This document shows positions 7,984-15,407 of a DNA stretch of 24,000 bases, in pieces (within the stretch, counting starts at the first letter, position 1; the number at the start of each line of letters is the position of its first letter). The DNA is from Thermoanaerobaculia bacterium (GTDB lineage: Bacteria; Acidobacteriota; Thermoanaerobaculia; UBA5066; Gp7-AA6). Made by a program: the position numbers and the translations under genes. The DNA lies in NCBI GenBank assembly GCA_035469365.1, contig DATIRW010000002.1, forward strand, positions 4,514 to 28,513. The letters run 5' to 3'. The notes below the pieces were generated by a model that did no database searches, was not told the origin of the DNA, and saw only the letters and a list, made by a program, of their open reading frames with translations.

Positions 7984-8091
7984 AGCGGTTTCTGTCCTTC
8001 GATATTTGAAATCATGAAGTCGTTCCCGGAAGATCCGCAGCCGAGTCTAGCATCCGCGACGTCGCACGTCCCGGCTCGGACCCGTGAGGTT

Positions 8092-8256
8092 TCAGCGCGA
8101 AGTTCTCTCGAGCCGCCGGCCCAGGAAGAAGACGGCCGCGCCGGCGGCGAGCAGCGCGAGCTCGAGACGGATGTTCCCGCCGAGCACGCCGCTGAAGAAC
8201 CCCACGCCGGTCACGACCAGACCGACGAGCTCCAGGGCGCGGGCGGCCGCGTGCAT
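8092..8256 (-). CDS. possible 54-aa two-TM membrane protein (not in the ORF track)
   Basis: My own translation from the ATG at 8256 gives MHAAARALELVGLVVTGVGFFSGVLGGNIRLELALLAAGAAVFFLGRRLERTSR. It has two hydrophobic helices and very high GC3 like its neighbours. There is no clear SD. It starts 18 nt after the cyclophilin gene's stop and is in the same frame. Confidence 0.35.
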   Translation of the reverse strand: MHAAARALELVGLVVTGVGFFSGVLGGNIRLELALLAAGAAVFFLGRRLERTSR

Positions 8257-8274
8257 GGGCAGGTCAATCGCGGC

Positions 8275-10326
8275 TCAGGGCGCTTCCGAGACGGTCACGG
8301 TTCGGACGAGGTCTCCCTGCTCGGTTCCTTCGACGACGTCCTGCCCCGCAACGACCTGGCCGAAGACCGTGTAAAGCCCGTTCAAGTGGGGCTGCGGAGA
8401 GTGGGTCACGAACCACTGGCTCCCCCCGGTATCGGGGCCGGAAAGCGCCATGCCGACGGTGCCGCGTTCGTAGGCCAACGGGTTCAACTCGTCGCGGATC
8501 TCGTAACCGGGTCCGCCGTTGCCCGTGCCCGTGGGATCCCCATCCTGTAGCACGAAGTTCGGAACGACACGATGGATCGCGACGCCATCGAAGTACTTCG
8601 CGCGGGCGAGCTTGACGAAGTTTGCGACCGTCAGCGGAGCGTCCTGGCCCGCCAGCCGGATGATGAATTCGCCGCGCGACGTCTGGACGCGCGCCTGCAG
8701 CGGACGGCGAACCTCGGAGAGGAGCGCCGCGTAGTCCGCTGCCGTCCGGCCCGTCTTGTATTCCGGGGCCGCCATGGCGCGCTCACCCCGGAACGACTGG
8801 ATCAGCGAGCGGCGCGCGAGCCTCGCGACGAGCGTCTTGCTCTGATGGTAGGCGGACTCGACGATGGCGCGCGCGGCGGGGTCCGTCCGGAACTTCTCGC
8901 AGACGCCGATCACGGAGATCGCGACGTCGGCTGTCGAATCGGCCTGCGAACGGGTCAGCGCGTCCGAGACGAGCGGAAGGATCGACGCGTCGCTCAACAG
9001 GCCCAGCGCATCCACTGCGGCCGCGCGAACCCCGGGGTCCGCGTCGGTCAGGGCCGAGTTGACGAGGGCGCGGCTCTCCCGGACGGCATCCGGTGATTTC
9101 AGGCTTCCGAGGACCGCCAGTCGTACCACCGCTTCCCTGTCCGCCGCGAGCCTCTCGCGATAAGGCTTCGCCTGCGCCACCGGCAGGAAGGCCAGCGTCT
9201 CCGCCGCCGTGGCCCGCAGCGCGCGGTCGGGGGAGGATGCCGCGGCTTCGAGCGCATCCTTGGCACGTTCCCGGAGCGCGGCGACGACCGACACGATGGC
9301 GACCTGGCGACGGCGCCCGTCTCCCGTCAGGGCGATGGACCAGAGCCGCTGGCGCACCTGGCGGTCCGTCGCCTCGAACTGGCGCAGAACTACCAGAGCG
9401 GAGATGGCCAGGTTGGGATTCGCGTCCCCGGCCAGGGCGAGGATGCGGGCCTTGCGGTCTTCCGCCACGACGGCTCCCGGGTTCTTCTCGAGAATCGCTT
9501 CGAGCGCGACCAGGGCGCTGATCACGAGCGGGACTCTGCCGCTGTCCAGGGCGGCGCCGAGCGGAGCGATCGCGTCCTTCAGAGCGAGCAGGCCCAGTCC
9601 GCGCGCGGCCATGGCTGCGGCATCGGGATCGCTGTCGGAGAGCGCGGCCGTCAATGCCGCCGCCGACAATACGATCGGCTTGCGGGAAAGGGCGTAGAGG
9701 GCGGCGGACCGGACCCGGGTGTCCGGGTCGGCCGCGTAATTTTGCGCGGCCGACACGCTCGCGGTGTCGGCGAACCTCCAGAGAGACTGCAACATCGAGG
9801 CGCGGGGCTCGGGGGCCGCCGCGCGGGGAATGGCCGCGATCAAGGCGTCCTCGCCGTCGCCGCGCCCCAGAGAACCAATCGCCCTCGCCGCTGCGGAAGC
9901 AACCGACGCGTCGGCGTCGGACAGCAGCGGAAGAAGGTCCGCCGTCGCGCCGGGATCCCCGAGCAACTGGCACCCGAAAGCCGCCATCGCCCGCACGGGT
10001 CCGGCCTTGTCGGACAAGAGGGGGCGCAGGAGCGGGCCGCCCCTGTCGTCGCCGATCCGCCCGGCCGCGAGGGCCGCGCGCGCCCGGATCGCGGGATCCG
10101 GCGCGGCCGCCGCGGACGCAAGCAGGCCTTGATCGAAGGCGCGGCGGTCCTCGATCTCGACGAGCGCCGTCTCCGCTTCGGCGAAGGAGGAGAACCGGAG
10201 CGAAGGGGCCGCAGCCTTCCCCGGACTTGCCGGGACGCCCGGAGCCGGAGGCGGGCCGCCGGCACACCTGACGAGCGGAAAAACCAGCGTGGCCGCCGCG
10301 ACAATCCTCCACCGGATCAACCTCAT
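8275..10326 (-). CDS. exported HEAT-repeat protein fused to a C-terminal cyclophilin-type peptidyl-prolyl isomerase
   Basis: I trimmed the 864-aa track ORF to the ATG at 10326. This start has AAAGGAAC upstream, and the extension overlaps the next gene. The N-terminus MRLIRWRIVAAATLVFPLVRCAG is signal-like. About 480 aa of PBS-lyase/HEAT-like repeats follow (D..VR..AA.ALG). The C-terminus reads FDGVAIHRVVPNFVLQDGDPTGTGNGGPGY...GTVGMA...GSQWFVT, a cyclophilin fold signature. Confidence 0.85.
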   Translation of the reverse strand: MRLIRWRIVAAATLVFPLVRCAGGPPPAPGVPASPGKAAAPSLRFSSFAEAETALVEIEDRRAFDQGLLASAAAAPDPAIRARAALAAGRIGDDRGGPLLRPLLSDKAGPVRAMAAFGCQLLGDPGATADLLPLLSDADASVASAAARAIGSLGRGDGEDALIAAIPRAAAPEPRASMLQSLWRFADTASVSAAQNYAADPDTRVRSAALYALSRKPIVLSAAALTAALSDSDPDAAAMAARGLGLLALKDAIAPLGAALDSGRVPLVISALVALEAILEKNPGAVVAEDRKARILALAGDANPNLAISALVVLRQFEATDRQVRQRLWSIALTGDGRRRQVAIVSVVAALRERAKDALEAAASSPDRALRATAAETLAFLPVAQAKPYRERLAADREAVVRLAVLGSLKSPDAVRESRALVNSALTDADPGVRAAAVDALGLLSDASILPLVSDALTRSQADSTADVAISVIGVCEKFRTDPAARAIVESAYHQSKTLVARLARRSLIQSFRGERAMAAPEYKTGRTAADYAALLSEVRRPLQARVQTSRGEFIIRLAGQDAPLTVANFVKLARAKYFDGVAIHRVVPNFVLQDGDPTGTGNGGPGYEIRDELNPLAYERGTVGMALSGPDTGGSQWFVTHSPQPHLNGLYTVFGQVVAGQDVVEGTEQGDLVRTVTVSEAP

Positions 10327-10362
10327 GACCGGTTCCTTTCTATGCCAGGAAGAAGCGGTGGG

Positions 10363-10389
10363 ATTATACGGTTCCGGGAATCCCGTCAA
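10363..10389 (-). promoter_or_regulatory. candidate sigma70-type promoter for the HEAT-cyclophilin gene
   Basis: On the minus strand: TTGACG (10389-10384, overlapping the upstream TGA), 15-nt spacer, then a perfect TATAAT (10368-10363). It lies about 37 nt upstream of the ATG at 10326. The spacer is shorter than optimal. Confidence 0.45.
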
Positions 10390-11129
10390 GCGCCGACGAG
10401 CAGCCGATCTCCGAGCATCCCGGGCAGGCCCGCGCGATGGATCTTCTGCCGCGTCCGCTCCACGTCGTAGGCCACGCGCTCGAAGAACACGGCTCCTTCC
10501 TTCGCATCGTAGATCGCGTAGGAGGAATCGGGATTGCGGTCCCGCGGCTGTCCGACGGAGCCGGGGTTGATCAGGTAGCGTCGGCCCTCCTCGAGCCGGA
10601 GCGTGACCCGCTCCCCGTAAACGACCTCGACGCGGATCCCGGACGGCTCGAGCGTGAAGATCGAGGGGATGTGGCTGTGCCCGAAGAAGCAGACCGCAGA
10701 GCGAAAGCCGTGAAAATTCACGAAGGCGTCGCGGTCGGAGAAGATGTAGGCGTCCTCGTCGCGCGGGGAGCCGTGACAGATCTCGAAGGCGCCGTCCACC
10801 GCGACCGGCCCGAGCGGGAGGGCCGCGAGGAACTCCCGATTGCGCCGGCTCAACGCCATTTCCGTCCACCGCGCCGCTTCCAGCGCCACCGGATTGAAAA
10901 GATTGCCGTCGTCGAGCCGGCAGACGACCTTGTCGTGGTTGCCTCGGATCAGCACCTTGCGCTTTCGGATGCGGCGCAGGCGGTCCAGAACCGCGTTGGG
11001 CTCCGCCCCGTAGCCGACGAAATCCCCCAGGATGACGACCCGGTCGAATCCCCGCCGCCGCGCCCGCGCGAGTACGGCCGCGAGCGCCTCGTCGTTGGAG
11101 TGGATGTCGGACAGCAGCAGATAGCGCAT
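10386..11129 (-). CDS. metallophosphoesterase (calcineurin-like phosphoesterase family)
   Basis: 247 aa with the full motif set: LSDIHSN (DxH), LGDFVGYG (GD), RGNHD, CHGSP and FGHSHIP (GHxH). Confidence 0.9.
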   Translation of the reverse strand: MRYLLLSDIHSNDEALAAVLARARRRGFDRVVILGDFVGYGAEPNAVLDRLRRIRKRKVLIRGNHDKVVCRLDDGNLFNPVALEAARWTEMALSRRNREFLAALPLGPVAVDGAFEICHGSPRDEDAYIFSDRDAFVNFHGFRSAVCFFGHSHIPSIFTLEPSGIRVEVVYGERVTLRLEEGRRYLINPGSVGQPRDRNPDSSYAIYDAKEGAVFFERVAYDVERTRQKIHRAGLPGMLGDRLLVGA

Positions 11130-11132
11130 CGG

Positions 11133-12287
11133 TTACAGGATCGACTTCCCGCGGCTCCGCGCCGAGAGCGCATCGAGCACGCGGTCCGCGGCCACCTCGA
11201 CCGATTCTCCCTCCAGGGAGACGCGGACCGTTCCCATTCTATAGAACGGCTCCCTCTCGGCGGAGAGCGCGGCGGCCTGCTCGGGACCAGTGAAGAGGGG
11301 CCGGTCGGTCTTGCCGGAGAGGCGGGAGAGGAGTCTCGAAAGCGGCACGTCGAGGAACACGGGAGTGCCGAGCCGCGCGATCGTGCGGCGGTTTTCCTCG
11401 CGGACGTAGCAGCCGCCGCCTGTCGCCACGACCGCGCGCGGAAGGGATTCCGTGGCCTCGAGGAAGAGCGATTCCCGCTCGCGGAAGGCGGCTTCGCCCG
11501 AGGCCTCGAACAGGGCCCGGACGGTCACGCCGGAGGTCCTCTCGATCTCGGCGTCGAGGTCCACGAATGGCATGCCGAGTCTCTCGGCGAGTCGGCGGCC
11601 GACGGCCGTCTTGCCGCTTCCCATGAAGCCCACCAGATAGATCCGGCCCGTCAGCTCGCGGCGGCGCGCGGTGTCGAGCGCCCGCCGCGCGTTGCGCTCG
11701 ATCTCTCCCTCCGCCAGGAGCCCTCCGATCATCGCGGCGCAATCGGCGCCGGCGTCGAGCACGGCGTCGAGCGTGTCCGCCGTGATTCCTCCGATCGCGA
11801 CGAGCGGCTTCGTCTTGATCGCCGCAACCCGCGACAACTCTTCCGGTCCCTGCGCCGCCCCTCCCGTCTTGGTTCCGCTCGCGAAGACCGGGCCGAAGGC
11901 GACGTAGTCGCAGTCCGGATCCCGGAATGCCCGCCGGGCCGCATCGAGATCGTGCGTCGAGACTCCCACCCGGGATCCTTCAGGCAGGAGCCGCCGGGCG
12001 ACGGGCGCCGGCAGATCGTCCTCGCCGAGGTGGACCCCGACGCCCGCCAGCCGGGCCACGTCCACGCGGTCGTTCACGAACACGGCGGCGCCGTCTTCCC
12101 TGCCCAGCCCCGCAATCTCCTCGACCGCCGCGAGGAGGTCGCGGTCGGTCATTTCCTTTTCGCGGACCTGGAGCAGCCGGATCCCCACTGCGAACAGCCG
12201 CCGCGCGATCTCGACGTGGTCGTCGATGCCACTGACCTTCCTGTCGGTGATCGCGTAGATGACGGGAAGTCTCAGTCCAAAGTCCAA
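11133..12287 (-). CDS. fusion protein: thiamine-phosphate synthase (ThiE) domain plus shikimate kinase (AroK) domain
   Basis: The N-terminal ~205 aa carry VIYAITDRK, LQVREK, VHLGEDD, YVAFGPVF.S.TK and VAIGGI (ThiE/TenI fold). The C-terminal ~175 aa carry the Walker A motif LVGFMGSGKTAVGRRLA, then FVDLD, ATGGG and DRPLF (shikimate kinase). The only start codon in the open frame is the TTG at 12287, which has no SD and lies inside a repeat hairpin. Confidence 0.85.
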   Translation of the reverse strand: MDFGLRLPVIYAITDRKVSGIDDHVEIARRLFAVGIRLLQVREKEMTDRDLLAAVEEIAGLGREDGAAVFVNDRVDVARLAGVGVHLGEDDLPAPVARRLLPEGSRVGVSTHDLDAARRAFRDPDCDYVAFGPVFASGTKTGGAAQGPEELSRVAAIKTKPLVAIGGITADTLDAVLDAGADCAAMIGGLLAEGEIERNARRALDTARRRELTGRIYLVGFMGSGKTAVGRRLAERLGMPFVDLDAEIERTSGVTVRALFEASGEAAFRERESLFLEATESLPRAVVATGGGCYVREENRRTIARLGTPVFLDVPLSRLLSRLSGKTDRPLFTGPEQAAALSAEREPFYRMGTVRVSLEGESVEVAADRVLDALSARSRGKSIL

Positions 12288-12290
12288 AGT
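12274..12290. repeat. heptamer repeat AGTCCAA x2.4, inverted partner of the 12314-12351 array
   Basis: The sequence is AGTCCAA AGTCCAA AGT. It contains the TTG start of thiE-aroK (12287-12285). Confidence 0.9.
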
Positions 12291-12313
12291 AGGAGGAGAG
12301 TCTACGCGCGGCT

Positions 12314-12351
12314 ACCTTGGACCTTGGACCTTGGACCTTGGACCTTGGACT
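12314..12351. repeat. perfect heptanucleotide tandem repeat ACCTTGG x5.4
   Basis: Five exact ACCTTGG units (12314-12348) plus ACT. The array begins 1 nt after the accC stop codon and lies entirely in the accC / thiE-aroK intergenic gap. Confidence 0.95.
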
Positions 12352-12352
12352 C

Positions 12353-13693
<1,341 letters not shown>

Positions 13694-13756
13694 CAGATTT
13701 GGCCTGGACCGGGAGACGGGAGACGAAGGACCGTCTTCCGTCAAGCGTCCTCCGGC

Positions 13757-14230
13757 TCAGGCGGCGAGCCTTATGGTGAAGAGCTTCTCCCCGTACTCGA
13801 CGGGCTGGCCATTTTGGGGAAAGACGTCCACGATCTCTCCCTCGACATCTGACTCGATCTCGTTCATGAGCTTCATGGACTCGATGATGCAGAGGATCTT
13901 GCCCTTGGAGATCTTCTGTCCCACTTCCGCAAAGGGATCCGCCTCGGGCGAGGGAGCGCGGTAAAACGTGCCAACGATCGGCGATGTAATGACGTGCAGG
14001 CCCTTCTCCTCCTGCGCCGAGGCCCGAGCCGCGGCGGCCGCCTCCGTAGACCCTGCCGGCAGGGCCACAGGCGACGGAATGGACTCCGCCGCGAGGGCCG
14101 CCCCGTTGCCGCTTGCGGCGCGAGTCCCTTCGATGCGGAGCCGGAAACCGGTCTGCTCGATCTCGAGAGCCGACAGCCCCCGTCCGGTGACGAGGTCGAT
14201 GAGTTCCTTGATTTCCTTGAATGACAGCAT
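13757..14230 (-). CDS. accB: acetyl-CoA carboxylase, biotin carboxyl carrier protein
   Basis: 157 aa. An Ala/Pro-rich linker is followed by the biotinyl domain SPIVGTFY...GKILCIIESMKLMNEIESDVEGEI, an (E/A)MKLMN biotinylation motif variant. GAGG lies 7 nt upstream of the ATG. Confidence 0.92.
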   Translation of the reverse strand: MLSFKEIKELIDLVTGRGLSALEIEQTGFRLRIEGTRAASGNGAALAAESIPSPVALPAGSTEAAAAARASAQEEKGLHVITSPIVGTFYRAPSPEADPFAEVGQKISKGKILCIIESMKLMNEIESDVEGEIVDVFPQNGQPVEYGEKLFTIRLAA

Positions 14231-14241
14231 TCGTACGCCTC

Positions 14242-14604
14242 TCAGGCCAACTCCTTCTGCAGGCTCATGGCGGCCCGCGCAAGCTCGAACCGCCCATGAC
14301 CGAGGGTTCCCTCTCCTCCCAGCAGGAGCAGCAGATAATACTCCGCCGAGATTCGCGACAGGACCGACCTCCGGCCCTCGCCGACCACGGCAAGCTCACG
14401 GATCGTGCCGAAGGACAGCTCCGCGTGCGGGTTCTGGGCGGCCTTCACCAGGGCCAGGAGCTCAGCCGCAACCACCTCAATCGAAACGCCTTCCCCCACA
14501 CTGTAGGTCTCGACCGGAATCCCGTCAAGACCCACGATCGCGACCGCCCGGGTATCTGCGACCCGCTCGGCAATCCCGCGGAGGGTATCCCGAAAGACGT
14601 TCAT
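14242..14604 (-). CDS. Roadblock/LC7 (MglB-like) domain protein
   Basis: 120 aa. The layout RAVAIVGLDGIPVE...AAELLALVKAA...ELAVVGEGRRSVLSRISAEYYLLLLL matches the Roadblock/LC7 alpha-beta-alpha pattern. The gene ends 11 nt before accB. Confidence 0.75.
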   Translation of the reverse strand: MNVFRDTLRGIAERVADTRAVAIVGLDGIPVETYSVGEGVSIEVVAAELLALVKAAQNPHAELSFGTIRELAVVGEGRRSVLSRISAEYYLLLLLGGEGTLGHGRFELARAAMSLQKELA

Positions 14605-14632
14605 GCCATCGTCCGCCGGGGGCTGCCCGGTG

Positions 14633-15331
14633 TCAGGCGGTTTGTATCACGCTCAACCAGCGTTTCAAAGCCTCTACCTTGGCCCTGCGCAGCGCGGCGC
14701 GGTCCCTTTCCGGCGCGGGCGAGGGCGAGACCCCGCCAGCGGCGGTGAGGCGCGCCTCGGCTTCCTCGCGCAGACGCGCGAGCTCGCCGTCTTCGGGATT
14801 CAAGCCCGCCAGCTGCCCGTAGAGCGCGGCGGCTTCCGAGTAGTGCCCCTGGGACAAGTAGAGGTCCGCGAGGACCCTTCCGGAGGGTCCGGCCGCGGCC
14901 TCCGGCGTCTCGCCGAGATCCTTCTCGATGCCTTCAATCACCTCGTCCACGCTCCGGTCGCCGGAAAGCGCCCTGTACAGCTTGTATTTCTTGACCGCCT
15001 CGAGCCGCTCGCCGCGCGAGATGTAAATGTCCGCCAGAAAGCGCGCCGACACCGGATTTCCGCGGTCGGAGGCGAGCGCCTTCGTGAACATCGCGATCGC
15101 TTCGTCTGTGCGGCCCGCTTCCAGGTACGCGCGCGCCAGCGCGACCTGGGCCGAAACGTAACGAGCGTAGGTGCTGACCCCCTTCTCCAGGATCAGGATC
15201 GCTTCGGGCAGGTTTCCCGCGGCGCGGCATTCCTCAGCGAGCGCCAAGAAGAGAGGCGAGGTCGGGTCCTGAGTGACCCGTCGGCGCAGCTCGCGGATCC
15301 GGACCTCGGCTCCCGGGTCAATCACCGCCAT
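14633..15331 (-). CDS. TPR-repeat protein
   Basis: 232 aa with several 34-aa TPR-like units (LALAEECRAAGNLPEAILILEKG, VALARAYLEAGRTDEAIAMFTKAL, LADLYLSQGHYSEAAALYGQL). No signal peptide or TM segment. Confidence 0.8.
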   Translation of the reverse strand: MAVIDPGAEVRIRELRRRVTQDPTSPLFLALAEECRAAGNLPEAILILEKGVSTYARYVSAQVALARAYLEAGRTDEAIAMFTKALASDRGNPVSARFLADIYISRGERLEAVKKYKLYRALSGDRSVDEVIEGIEKDLGETPEAAAGPSGRVLADLYLSQGHYSEAAALYGQLAGLNPEDGELARLREEAEARLTAAGGVSPSPAPERDRAALRRAKVEALKRWLSVIQTA

Positions 15332-15347
15332 GTGTCTCTCGCTCGTG

Positions 15348-15383
15348 AATAAGAAAGCAAACCGCCCCCCGAGCGGGGGGCGG
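15348..15383 (-). terminator. rho-independent terminator ending the pilM...IPT transcription unit
   Basis: In the minus-sense RNA: CCGCCCCCC, GCUC loop, GGGGGGCGG (a perfect 9-bp GC stem, 15383-15362), followed by UUUGCUUUCUUAUU. It starts 25 nt after the TAA at 15408. Confidence 0.85.
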
Positions 15384-15407
15384 CGAGATTCCGAAGAGTC
15401 ATCCGAC

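Noticed and set aside
8005-8026. GGAAC ... TCAAA on the minus strand upstream of the 2-hydroxyacid dehydrogenase, reminiscent of RpoE/ECF promoters
   Set aside because: The spacing between the two elements is only 12 nt, far shorter than the spacing used by ECF sigma promoters.
10327-10869. N-terminal 181-codon extension of the 864-aa ORF (8275-10869)
   Set aside because: The extension overlaps the well-supported metallophosphoesterase gene in another frame and is Arg/Pro-rich. An internal ATG at 10326 gives a proper signal peptide, has an SD-like AAAGGAAC, and has a TTGACG-N15-TATAAT promoter upstream.
12291-12319. Perfect AGGAGG on the plus strand followed by the 511-aa ORF starting at TTG 12317
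   Set aside because: The AGGAGG is about 21 nt from the TTG, which is too far. The ORF is the antisense shadow of accC. On the biologically relevant minus strand, the same bases form the pyrimidine-rich hairpin loop.
12288-12352. Possible TPP riboswitch upstream of the thiE-domain gene (a CTGAGA motif is present at the ORF start)
   Set aside because: The gap is only 65 nt and is filled by the heptamer array. The conserved TPP-riboswitch core (ACCTGATCTGGATAATGCCAGCG-like segment, P1-P5 architecture) is absent. The CTGAGA lies inside the coding sequence.
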